The notes beneath the pieces were generated by a model. The model ran no database searches. It was not told where the DNA came from and saw nothing but the letters and a program-made list of their open reading frames with translations. Shown here piece by piece: positions 45,296-58,360 of a stretch of DNA of 64,000 bases. Position 1 is the first letter of the stretch; each line of letters starts with the position of its first letter. The position numbers were made by a program, and so were the translations under genes. This DNA comes from the human T2T-CHM13v2.0 reference genome, Homo sapiens. The stretch lies in assembly GCF_009914755.1 (NCBI RefSeq), contig NC_060940.1. One strand, 5' to 3'.

Positions 45296-47896
45296 TGTGC
45301 TGAGGAACCTATTCTGTGATAAACATTGGAAAGACAGAAACAAACAAAAAATACTGTACCTGCTTCCAGGAGCTCACAGCATAATAACAGCAATAACAAG
45401 GACAACAGCAACTGTAGCTGCAGCAGCGAAAAGTTACTGATCACTTATGAAGCCCAGCACTGTATCAAGAACTTATTTTATGATGCAGATGTTTTCCCAA
45501 TCAGAAAACTCAGATAAGGGAAAACAGAATTTTATTTTTCTGTAACTGAATTTCATTTTACTCTTAAGCACCCACTTCCACTGCAAAATTGAATTAGAGA
45601 AAATGTAATCACTTCTGGTTTAAAACTCAGTCTCTTGTGGATACTGCTCAGTTGACCCAACTTTCTACCCTTTGCATTTCTCTCTGTCTTTCCCACTGTG
45701 TTTAAAGTTCCTGGTGTGAGGTGCAGGCTTTAGTATTAAGGCATGCCAGACTTTGGGAAGTATCATCTGTTGTTACCTGTCCCCACCTAGTGTAGTTATG
45801 TGTCCCTTTGTTTCTACCACTGCTGATTGATCGTGGTTCTGTATCTGTTTTGGGGTCAATACATCCACATCCCTAATCCCCAAATGTGAGAATGTTTTGG
45901 TCCTCTGGTTCTCACGGCCACTTCTGTGCCCTTCGTGGAAACTTAGGTGCTTCCGGCTGCTCTCTCCACACCACACTGGCATGAGGATCTGCAAGGCTGC
46001 CCTCAGTCTTCCCCACCCAGAAAATCCCCATGGCCATTTCTACTCTGTGGCTTGGGTACCATGTAGGTCAAAGAACTTCTCTATAAATCGTACAGACTCC
46101 TGGGAACTGTAGCAGTGGCTCCCCTGCTCTGGGATTTCCCTAAACTTATTTATGGCTTCTTTCATCATCCTTACCCTAGACCATAGTTATTCTGTTTATC
46201 CAGGATCAACGTATACAAGTGTAATGGTTTTAAGTGACCTTAAATAAATGCCCCTGAAAAGATAGGCCAATCAGTGTTCCAGCTGCAGATGGAAACTAAT
46301 CACTACTATTTTGTAATAGGGATAATAATGGTGTAAGTTCAGGACTGAAATACAAGCAAAGGCCTGAAGCCAGAATCAGTATGAATTAGGATTCTGTGTC
46401 CATTCATCATGAAGGCTGATCAGTTGTTGGCTTTGAACAGAAGGCTCATGCCTTGATTAGAGCTGTCAGTGGTAGGGAGTAAATTAAAATGTGTTTGTGC
46501 TCCACTAGTGTGTTTGAATTTTAAATCACTGGAAATCCCTGTGTGGCCTAAACTAGAAGTTTTCTCATATGCAAAGGGATGGAGTTGGAACAGATAGTTG
46601 ATCCCTAAGTACCCTTCCAGCTATGAGGTATTCTGTTTCATAATAGGATGGTAAACAATCTTAACTCATTCCTTTGTAACTTAATTTTTCTGCATCAGGG
46701 AAGAATAGCAGCCAGTGCTTGGTATTTAAGCAAAACATACATTTATAATTCATTTATATGCAGTCATATATATTATAAATGGGAATCCAAAGGATACCAC
46801 CCTTAATAAGCAAGTGAGAATTTATGAACTCCTTTGCTTCCAACCCACTACTATTATTTATCTTATATTAATGGCCTCTCTACCCAGTAGACTGCTCTAA
46901 GTCTATTAACTTTCTTTTTTAAAATGGCATCTTTCAGATTTGGTGCAAGCCATTGGGCTGTAGGCTCATTTGCAATTTCTCCATTTTTTATGAATACAGT
47001 GATTTATGTCACGGGGATGTAATGGCTCATTTTGGGTCTAATTTTGACTCCCACTTGGATTCAAGGCATCTGAGCATGTCTTATGGGCTCAACAAGCATC
47101 TAGTTGAATGAGTTGATTTTCATGATGATGATAGTTGTAAGGGGCAATTGAGAAGGTGGTTTATAAATGAGGCCTTGGGGAGAATGACATAGTTATAATG
47201 ACTGCTGGCTTTGGGGACAGACATTCTTAGTCCCACTTTCTATCTCTGTAATATTGAGGGAGGTTAACTAGATTTGAGGGGCCTTGTTTATGTATCTACA
47301 AAATGAGCACAATTATAACCAAGCTCCTATGGTGGTAATTAAGAGTTCAACATGGTAATGTATGTAAAGGGACTTAGCAACTTGCCTTGCACAGAGTAAG
47401 TGTTCAATAAAGCTTAGCTGCTATTGTAATGTCTACCCCACACCTGGTCCCATGAACTTATTTCTGAACTTTTCATCACGGAGGACTGTAGGGAGAAGCC
47501 AACAGAGCTGTTTTCACAAGGGACCATGTGAAATGTTAAGGTGGGTCCAGAGGTCCTGGAATTTACATTTAAAGCCAGGAGCTAAAAAAATGAGAATTAT
47601 TACTGTTCCTGACCTCATTTGTCCCTCGGGCTGGTGAGGCTTAGGGTACATTTATATTTGCTTTCTTATATCTATACCTTTCTTTTAGTCTTGGTGTTTT
47701 TCACATTGACAGAGCCACAAACTAACTAGAAGGCTACATACTCCTCAGTAAGAATAGCTAACATTTGCAGCATGTACTATATGTCAGGCACAATCCCATG
47801 TGGTTTTACAGGAATATCTAATAGAACCCTCACAATAATCTTTTGAGGGAGATCATTATTGTATAATTGAAAAAGCAGAGGCTTAGTGAGATGAAA

Positions 47897-48155
47897 CAAT
47901 TTTTGGTTTGTATCAGTCAGTATGAGCTGTGTTGTGCTGTGGTAACAAGCAGCTCCCAAATCTCAGTGGTTTGGCATAATGGAAATTCATTTCTTACTCT
48001 TACTGTATTTCTAACACTGACTATTTGGAGTTTTCTCATCAGTCACTTTGGAACCTAGGCTAAAGGAGACTTCACTTTGATACCACATTGCACAAATGAT
48101 AGCACTGAGTGCTAACTGGAGTAAATTCGGGTTTTGAGCCATTTATTCAACAAAT
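47897..48155. repeat. Copy 2 of the local duplication, lying inside a MIR
   Basis: Colinear with 45038-45295; MIR halves at about 47750-47896 and 48156-48218. Confidence 0.8.
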
Positions 48156-50634
48156 GTCATCAATAAAAGAAGGAGCTGGCATTCAAGTCTTGCCTGTCTA
48201 GAACACTCAATCTTAAGCAACCCATTGTGAACATAATCCCATAGCCCTCAAAGGCCTCACCTTTTCACCAACTAGTTCTGTTCCTTTTGTGATTGATGAT
48301 GCAATTTCAGTGTTTTAAATGTTGTATTTACATTGATTGGGGCTGCTGAGATCATTCACACAAATATGTCTAGCCATAAATTCCAGAGAAACTGTGCCAT
48401 GCAGTTCCAAATTCCTTCACTTCTCCCACCAGTACAAGGGCTTCATAGGAGCAAAGATTTGCAAATGATGTTCCCATCCAACACTTAACACTTCTTATTT
48501 TTAATCGAGACATCTTCTGCTCACCACTTTTGGCACTCTGCTTGTGCAGCCTTCTCTAGTCTCCAGACAACAGCTATTTTCTCTGTTAGCCAATTACCCT
48601 CCACTGAAGGTTCCAGTATCCTCATACCTGCAGAAAAAAATTACCTGGAAAGAATGCACTTTTCTCAGGGCCCAGACGGTGATGGATTGTACCATGATGG
48701 TTTTTGTTCACCTACACCGGTGGATTTTCCTTTCCTGCTGGAGGAAAAGATCTCATTCTGCAAATGCACTAATGATGTGTAATTATCATCGCTGCAAGCC
48801 TTCTACGCATCTGGGCTAATGGTTCCAGCTTCCATGATGATTCTCATATGTTACCCAATTCCATATTTGAGTGGTTCTGTCCTGCCCCTGGTAACAGTAA
48901 CAGTTGGCTTCTAGACAAACTTAAATATCCTGGCTTTATATACCTGGCTCATAGCATGTGATGATAATAGCAATCACCACATAAGTTTCAATCATATCTT
49001 TACTCACAGAAGGGAGATACTCTTGGTTGAATATTTAATTCAGTTTTGTTAAAACTTGAAGTCTTCTTGAAACAGCGCTGCCTGACAGAAATATTTAACG
49101 TCAGGAATTCATGAGCAATGGGACCCCAAGGTCAAAAAAGGGGAATGAGTAGTCAAATCCAGCCTTGCTTGTCACAGCAGACTGGAGCTTCAGGAATTAT
49201 TAAGCAGGCAGTGGGAAGAACAAAGGGGATAATGTTCTTTCCATTGAAGTAATTTTTCTCAATGCAAAATGCTTTTTCGGAGTCCATGTGGGTTAATTTC
49301 CACCCATTTTGCATGTAGGAGACATGCATCCAAGTCCTCAGTCTCAGAGTTGGAAGAAATATTTTTTCTTTATTTTCCTTATTTCTAGTAAACTTCACCC
49401 CAAACCCTCAAACAGTTAGGTTGCTTAAAATAAAAACAATTTTGGTCAATACTGAGGCTTCCCTACCCCTAGAGTTTGTTTATTACAGTAGTTATTGAAT
49501 TGAATCCTTGAGATAGGACTTTCTGTTGATGTGCATACTACCTGAAACCATGTGACCCTCTTCTTCTATTTTAACATTGGAGCCCAAGACCCTTTTGTGG
49601 GGTTGCTGTCCCCTTACCCTGGGGTCCTGCTTTCAGAGGGGTACTTGATAGCTTCTCCTTTGATATCTAAATTTCTTGGGTGCTGCTCCTTCATAAAGGC
49701 CAAAGTTCCCACTGTTTGCAAGACACTCACTTCCCAACTGCAACCCCCTTTCCATTTCTAGGGGTGGAAATCCTGCCTCTTCCTGCTAGTTTTCCCTTCC
49801 TTGGTCTGATAAATCCAGTTCATGTCTTTATCTTGTGAATCCTCTGCAAATTGCTATGGCAAAAATCCCTAAGATCTCTTTTGAGATGGAAGACCAAACA
49901 TACAGCAAAGAAAACACAGATTAATAATTCAAAAACATATCTGCCACTGGTAAAAAAAAAAAAAAAAAAAAAAATTAGAATCAAACCATTAATTTCTCCT
50001 TACACTTTCTCCTGCAGCAGTGAATATACTACAAAGCTTGGTTTCTGTGATAATAGGAATAAGGCTTACTGAGCTATATTGCATTTCCTAATTGGATCAT
50101 TCTTCAACCATTTTATCTCATGGGTATCTACCCTGCCTTTTATGGTTGGGGTGGTTTTCTTTTCCTCCCCCTCTTAGATCTTAATTTTGCAAACAAGGAC
50201 TGAGAAGTGGCATTAAGATCAGCCTCATTATCACATTGCAGTTTGGCACCTTATTCCTCTCTCCATCTTTATTAGCAGAGTCTCTGATTTTTTTAAGCTT
50301 ATTTGCATAATTTCTAACATCCCGGGTTTATTCAGAAGGCCTTTTGATGAAGGAATGGAGAAGGTCTTCTCTACTCCAAAGGCCTCTTCATTAGGACACA
50401 GTGGAACACAGCACCTAAGAACACAGACTCCGCAGGCAACTGAAAAGCCTAGATTTGAGTTCTACTTAGCCGCTTCTGGGCTGCGTGACCCTTGGGAAGT
50501 TGTTCAACGTCTTTGAACCTCAGTTTCTCCATGTGTAGCAATAGCAGCTACATCTCATGACCAATCTGAATCACTCCATGGAAAATACAACAGTGTCCTG
50601 TTCATGCTATTGGGCGTTGTTATCATTATCCTTT

Positions 50635-52310
50635 TCTCTTTATTAATGTAAACATTTTACTGAAGAATGACGTACATACAGAAAAGTGCCTGTGTCATAA
50701 GTATAAAGCTCAAGGGGTTTTCAGAAATTGACACATCTGAGTCACCAGCATCCAGATCAACAAACAAAGCATTGGCAAAACTCCTAAGAGCACTTTCACA
50801 GCTCTTTCCTGCCACTAAATCCTTCCCCGCAAGGGGTAACCACTCTCCTGACTTGTAACAATTGCAGGTTAGTTTTACCTATTTTTGAACTTTATATAAA
50901 TGGAGTCAAACACGATGCACTATTTTTGTCTGATTTCCTTTTCCTGATATTTTTCATGAGATTCATTCTCTGTTGTAGTCAGCAGATATAATTCATTTTT
51001 AATTGCTGTATAGTGTTCTATTTTGGGAATATGTCACAATTTTTATCCATTCTACTTTTGGTGGACATGTATGTTGTTTCTGATTTTGGGCTATGAAATA
51101 TAGCAATGCTATAGTATATCTAATGCATATATTTTGGAGAATTTGTATATGTATACATTTTTATAGGCATATATTTAAGCATGAAATTACTGAGTCACAA
51201 GTTATGGATCTGTTTAACTTTAGTAGACACTGTCAGTGTTCCCAAGTGGTTGTAAAATTTACACTCCCTCCAACAATGAAAAATAATTCCAGTTGATCTA
51301 CATTCTCACCAATGTTTGGTATCATTGATTTTGTTCATTTTAAACAACATGGTGGGTGTGTAGTCATATTGTGGGTTATCCACCAGATAGCTGATATTTT
51401 ATTTTTTCAACTTTTCATTTGGAAATAATTTCAAACTTACAGGCAAGTTGCGAGATTAGTACAAAATTGTATGCTCTTCACCCATATACCTCAACTGTTC
51501 ATCATTTTCCACATTTGCTTTATTTTCTCTCTGTAGGCGTGCACATACTGCTTTTTAAAAATATGAGGTAAGTTTCAGATATCATGCCTCATTTACCACT
51601 AAATGTTTCAGAGTGTGTGTACCAAGAACTATCTCTTAAATAAACACAGTATAGTAATCAAAATCAGAAAAACTCACCACTCATACGATATAATTATGTA
51701 ACCTATAGATCTTATTAAAATTTTTCCAAATATTCCTGTAATGTTTTTGTAGCATTTTTTTCATGCTCTGGATTTAATCCAGGATCATGCATTACATTTA
51801 GTTTTCATGCCTCTGTAGTCTTCTTTAATATGGAATGTTTCCTGTCTCTTGTCGTCTTTCAGGATATTCACATGTTATGAAGAGCATAAGAATTACTGTA
51901 ATTTTGGCTTATTGGATGTTTCCTGATGAGATTCAGGTTATACATTTTTGGTGAATTATTATATAAGTGATAGTGTGTTCTTCTCAGTACATGACGTTGG
52001 TTTGTTCTGTCACTATTGTTGTTGACTTTAATCACTTTGTCAAAGTAATATATGCTAAACTTCTTCACTATAAAATTACTTTCATCCCCTTGTAATTAAT
52101 AAATAACTTTAGGGGATATACTCTGAGGCTGTGTAAGTATACTGTACTTCATCAAACTTTCATGCACTTATCTCAGCATCTATTGATGATACTTGCCTGA
52201 ATCAATTATTACTATGATGGTTGCAAATAACTTTCTAATTCCATTGCTCCTCCATTAATTAGTTTGCATTCTACAGTAAGGAAGTGCTTTCCCTTCCCTC
52301 CATTAATTAA
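50635..52310 (-). mobile_element. Old L1M (MC/ME) 3' fragments
   Basis: ggtaaccactctcctgact...tttgaactttatataaatggagtca; aataatttcaaacttacag...ccaggatcatgcattacatttagtt. Confidence 0.7.
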
Positions 52311-52714
52311 TTAATCACTCATCACAATAGAGAAATAAAGACATTAGACTAAGAAGAGCAACACAGTGATATATGCTAGAATAGTGGGCATGACAAACGA
52401 AACAGCACTTGAGATCTGAAAGACAGCTAAAAATTAGGCTATCAAAGAGGACCAGAAAAAAGTGAGGCAATAGGAAAAGCACAAGCAAAGGCTGTGAGTT
52501 CAAAGACAGCCTGAGAAAAATTCACCATGGTTGGGGTGTAGCAAGTAAAGGGAGACAAGTGAAGGTTGAAAGCCTGGAAGGAAAGCCTGAGGCAATCATT
52601 AAGATTAACTCCTCATTCATGACAGTGGGTTTCTCTATTTGGAAAGATTTTTTTTCACTGTGTCTGCCTGCGTCAGGCCCACCCATACTCAAATTCTTAT
52701 CTATTTCTTTTAAC

Positions 52715-53190
52715 TATTGCTTTTAAACAGAAAATCCCCAAGTTTAGTGGCTTAAAACAATGATTTATTATGTCTTGAGCTTTTGTGGGTCAGCAGTGGG
52801 GGCAGGGTTCAGCAGGGTGGTTCTTCCACTCCATGTGACATTGGCTGAAGTCTCTTACTTGGCTGCCTTCTTGATTGCCTGGACTGGGTTTGGAAGTCCA
52901 AGAAACTTCTCTCACATTTCTGGGGACTTGGTGCCTCTTCACATGACCTCCCTCTTTCCATGTGATAGTTCATATGTTAGTAGTCAAGCCCATGCATCTT
53001 TACAGCATGGTGGGTCCTCCTAAGAGCAACAGTGGGAGCTGCCAGGACTCATAAAGGTTATTACTGACACAAGTCACTTGCATTGCATTCTATTGACAAG
53101 TTACTGGGCCAGCCCAGATTTCACTGGGAGAAAAAAATGGATTTCATCCTTTGGCAAGGAGGGAAGGAATCTTCAGAGACAATCTATCAT
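52715..53190 (-). mobile_element. MLT1-type MaLR LTR
   Basis: tttagtggcttaaaacaatgatttatt...gcattctattg...ggccagcccagattt. Confidence 0.65.
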
Positions 53191-54694
53191 GCCACCTCTT
53201 TCAGGAAGTCTTCCCTGACTTCTCCAATCTCATTTTCTACCAATCTATCAATCACAGTTATTGTTCTGAGCCTTTGTTAGGCTCATTTTATATAGTGCTT
53301 TGTGGTATTTCCAAAATTTTTCAAGTGTCAATATTTTAGCTTTACTGATTCCTGAAGTAGAACCTCATTTACTTAAGTGCAGTAATTAATAAATTTGGAT
53401 AATAATAGGCTGTCATTTATGGAATGATAACCATGCATCTGGCCTATGCAAGATACTTTACCTTAATTATCTAATTATATCCGCTTAAGAAGATAAAACT
53501 GTCTTTATTTTTTAACAGAAAGAAAACCAAGTCCCAGAAGGAAAACAAATTGCTTAAGGTTGTCTGACAAATTAGGGGTAGAGTCAACATTGAAACCGAG
53601 GTCTGTGCAATTCTAAAATTGTGTTGCAATCTTCCTACATATAATCATTTATTGAGCACAAACTATGTGTTAGTCTCCTTGCTTAGCACTAGGGATTCAG
53701 AAATGTGTAAATGCCCTTAGTCTAACAGAGAAGGAAGATGTGTAAACAAACACTGACTACTCAGTGTTTAAAGGCACAGCATGTTAAATGCTAGAGTGGA
53801 GTTCTGAGACTCCAGACCAGGGTTCATCAACCCTGCCAGGAAAGGTTGGGGAAGGCTTGACCATGGCAGGGACATTTGAATTGCAGCTTGAAGGATAAAT
53901 AGGAATTCACTAAGGAGAGGAGGAGGGGAGGGGAGGGGAGATTGATGGGAGATGAAGTTGGAGAATTAGGTTCCAATTGTAAAGAAAGGGAAGGAAAGGA
54001 AATCATTGCCATTGAGCATCCCTTGTAAGCTTGTCCCATTGAATCCTAAAACCTGCTCTGAAAGTGCTATTCTCATATTCCCGTTCTCATAGATAGGAAA
54101 GCGAAGCTAAGAGAGATCAAATCATATACCAAAGGCCGCATTACATAGTTTGGACTTTATCTTATAGGTATCAGGAAGCGAACACACTTTCAAAACCAGC
54201 GCATGACCTGACCTGACAGAGAAATGAACATTGTTGTCATATAGAGATGGGAAAGAGTGGGTAGAGGGTAGTAGTGTACAGACCAGATTTAGGGGGTTGT
54301 TCCTACTACCAGCCATGAATTGATGAGGACCTTGATGAATTCAATGGTAACAGGATGGAGAGGAGGGGCTGAACAGAACTTAGGGTAGTGTTTATGAGGT
54401 ATAAATAATGAGACTGACGCACTGGTAGGATACAAAAATGAAGGGAGAAGAGTCAAGAATTCAAAGCTTCTAGGTTTGGTTGATATTTTCATCAAAGGGG
54501 TTATGGGAGTCACAGAGCTCAACTGATATCCCTTAGTTGCTTCACAAATTACTCTCTCTCTGAATCTCACTTGTCCATACCTGAAAATGCAGATAAGATA
54601 ATAGTGTTACCTACCTCATTAGCTGACTTAAATGGAGCTAACACATGAATGGTGCTGAGCACAAAGCTCGGCTCATGGCAATGAATATCAACTC

Positions 54695-55940
54695 TCATTC
54701 ATTCAATGAATATCTATTGGATACCTTCCACAGGCCAGGAACTCTCTTAGGTCCTAGGAAGACAGACTATAAATAAGATTCTCAAAGTTCCTATGCTTAC
54801 GGAGGTTACATTCGTATTACGTCTTGTTCTTATACAACACATAATAATACAAAAGTTAATTGCAGAGAATAGTAAATATACAAAGGAAGCACATAGGCTA
54901 AGAGATAAAGGGAAGCTGTCAAGGGCGCTTTAGATGGGGAATGGGTTCTTAACTGTAAGTGACCTGCCCCACCGTCACCCGGCGGACATTTGGCAATGTC
55001 AAGAGACATTTTTGATGGTCACAGCTTGGAGGCAAGTGCTACTGGCATCTAGTAGGTAGAAGCCAGGGATGTTGCTAAACACCCTACAGTGCACAGAACA
55101 GCCCCCCAGTGCAAAGAATGATCTGGTCTCAAATGTCAATACTGCTGAGATTGAGAAACCCTGAGACAGGGTTATGAAAGAGTCTTTTCAGTGAGGGCAT
55201 ATTTGGGCTGAAAGCTCAGGGAAGACAAGGAACAGGTGGTGAGAAGAGCTGACCAGAGAGCATTTCAGAAAGAGGAAAGAGTAACTGCAAAGTCCAGAGG
55301 AGGGAAAGAACTTCTTGTATTCAGGGATCAGAAAAGAGACTAAGTGGCTCGAACGCTGTAAGGATGGGAGTTGGCACGTGCAGAGATTAGAGAAGTTAGC
55401 AGCTGGATCATGCAAGATCTCAGAAGCCACATAAAGAGTTTGTCTTTTGTTCTAAGAATACTAGGAAGCCTTTCGAGCACGTTGAAATAAGACACACCCC
55501 CTGTTCAGTTTTACATTTCACATTTTAAAAAACTCATGCTGGCTGCATTGTGGATTAAAGAGAGTCAAAAAAAATCAGAAGGCTGTTGCAGTCACTCATG
55601 CAAGAGATGGTGACGATGAAGCTAGCGTTTTATCAGTGGAGGTGGAGAGAAACGGACAGGTTAGAAATATGTTTTGAAGGTAGAGCAGACAGCACTTAAA
55701 GACATCAGATCCCAGGGGTGAGGGGAATGAGAAATCAAGGATGACTCCTAGGATTTTAGCTTGAGGCACTGAGTAGGTGGTGGTGGTATTCATTGCGTTG
55801 GAAAGATGTCAGAAGGAACAGGTTTGGGAGGTTGTTTTGGACTTACAGGTTTGAGATGCTAATTTTTAATCCCAGTGAAGACGCAAGTATGCAGACAGCT
55901 GGATATACAGAGCTGAAGCTACCAGGGGAGGTCAGGGCTG
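54695..55940 (-). mobile_element. L2 fragment, interrupted by MER20
   Basis: cattcattcaatgaatatctattg...aatcaaggatgactcctaggattttagcttgag...tttgagatgct. Confidence 0.7.
54944..55163. mobile_element. MER20
   Basis: ggacatttggcaatgtc...tgctactggcatctagtaggtagaagccagggatgttgctaaacaccctacagtgcacag...ttgagaaaccctg. Confidence 0.9.
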
Positions 55941-57167
55941 TAATTATACATTACGACATATTTTATAATATAATTCCTTCTTGCCGAAGTCTCCCTGCAT
56001 ATCATCCTGCATGCAGATGTCTGAAGTCTCAAGGAGGCATTTTCTCAGAATCATTGCCAAGCCCAACACTGTGATATTTTTAAAGTGTCACATCCTCCAT
56101 GCCCCTCTTTGAATTGAGTCACATGTTTAATTAAGTTTCCACTTACAACCCAAGTAAAGGGGAAAAATAACCCTAAAGAATTGATCCGTGCCTGCAGAGC
56201 TTTGGAATTTTGGGTGGCTACCCTCTCTGCTTCTCTCTTCCTTTTTTCTTTCTTTCTTCTTTTTTTCCCCACTTATTTGCTAGGGACATTTTCATTCTCA
56301 AGTTGCGATTAGTTTTGGAAATGGGGGTCTTGCAGTAGAGAGTATTGAGGAAGCCCTGTCCTTAAGAAGTCGTCTTCACAGATGATGACACCGAATGGCT
56401 GAAATGCAGCAGAAGGATCTCTGGGTTAAGATTCAGAAGACCTGAGCCCTCAGCTTGGTCTGACCACATGCTGACCATGTCAACTCAGGGCATGGTCTCA
56501 GCTTCCCGTTCTTTTGTAAAAATGGGAGAGAATCCCCAACAGATGTGAGTCTTTGTGAAAATCATATGAGATCATATGTCTAAGGTCTGGAAAGCATGCA
56601 CATTTTACAAAAGCCATCACTTCCCACCCCCTCCGTCAACACCACCCTAGTCCAAGCCTCCGTCATATGTTCCCCTCATTACTACAATAGTCTCCTGACT
56701 GCTCTCCATGGTACTGCTTCTGCCCACTCCCCCTGCCAGTCTGTTCTTAACAGCCAGAATGATGCCATGAAAATATGTCACATCATGTCACTTCCCTGCT
56801 CAAAACCCTCCCACTCATATCCCACTCACCTCCCACTCACGGTGACATTTGGAGTCCCCATGCAACGCTACTCACCATTCAACAGCTCTCACTCATATCC
56901 ACTGCTGGGTCCACATCAGCCACACGGCCTTCCTGATATTCCTGGAACACATTAGGTGGAATCCCACCCTGAGGCCTTTGTACTTGCTGTTTCCTCTGTC
57001 TAGAAAGTCTTTTTCTCAGATAGCCACATGCTTCCAATGCCTTCTTCCCAGGGAGGCTTTTCCTAATCACTTTAACACAGATTGCCGTCTCTCCCTCCTG
57101 CCCCACATGCACTACATTCTCCTTCTATACTTTAATTCACAGCCTTTTACTTCCAAACATTTCATTT

Positions 57168-57480
57168 TCCTTTTCTTCCTTTTTTTTTTTTTTTTTTTTT
57201 TTTTTTTGAGAGAAGGTCTTACTCTGTTACCCAGGCTGGAGTGCTGATCATAGCTCACTGTAGCCTCACATTCCTGGGCTCATGTGATCCTCATGCCTCA
57301 GCCTCCTGAGTAGCTGGGACTATAGACTCAAGCTACCATGTCAGGATAATTTTTAAATTTTTCTGTGAAGACGGGGACTAGCAATGTTTCCCATGCTGGT
57401 CTCAAACTCCTGGCCTCAAGCAATCCTCCTACCTCAGCCTCCCAAAGCACTGGGATTACAGGTATGAGCCACCACGCCCA
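57168..57480 (-). mobile_element. AluJ within an L2 (about 56610-57650)
   Basis: Antisense Alu with gatcatagctcactgtagcctc; host L2 ends cagtgcctggcacagagaggtgctcagtaaatat. Confidence 0.9.
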
Positions 57481-57894
57481 CTAGCCCATTTTCTTTATAT
57501 CTTCTGTGTTTCATCCGTCTTCATCTGATGAAAAGTAAGCTCAGTGAAGGACGGGATTTTTCTCCGCATTTTGTTCAAGACTGTATTCTGTAGCACCTAC
57601 AACAGTGCCTGGCACAGAGAGGTGCTCAGTAAATATGAAGAATGGACAGATGAGAAAATGGAAACACAAAGAATTAAAATAACTTGCCCAAAGTTACAGA
57701 TGGGAAAAGGGTGTGTTCACATTCAGACACCTCCACTTCCTCAATGGACAGTTGAAGGTGATCATATCTTTCCCGGTTTCCTCACCGGTCATTGCTAGAA
57801 GCCAAAGGAATGCGTGCCTCGTCCCCTCAGAGAGCGCACACTACCATACAGAGTACGTGGAATTCAGTGAGGCCATGAGAGGGTGCCATTAATA

Positions 57895-58360
57895 GACTTG
57901 TGTGTGTGTGCCTGGAGTACATCCCTTTGGCTCATCTAATTTCAGAAGTGGACAACTTCAAGCATGCTCCAGGTGTCTCACCTCTGAGCTATATACAGGT
58001 ATATACACCTCTGATACATATACCTGTGTATATCCCAGCTTTTCTATCCCTGGGCTTTCTTGGAGCAAGGAAGTTTAGTCCATGTGCAGAACAGCCTGGC
58101 TGTGAGCAGGAGAGGATGTTCCCGGGGCACCTGTCCCTCAACCAGTGGGTGTGGGTGGATAAATGTCCCAAGGTCCTACCCCTTGCTGGGGTGAATCTGC
58201 AGCACATGCTATGTGGCATGTACCTGCATTACAGAGGATCTTTGCAGGATTGCACCCCTCTGTTTTTCACTCCTGGCTCTTAAAAAGTCGCCTCCAAAAC
58301 ATTACCTGTCTCCACACCCATGTTGCAGACTTTGCTTTCAAGGAAACCCAAACTAAGAGA
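57895..58360 (+). mobile_element. ERVL LTR16-like LTR
   Basis: Ends ctttcaaggaaacccaaactaaga; internal gggtggataaatgtccca. Confidence 0.5.
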
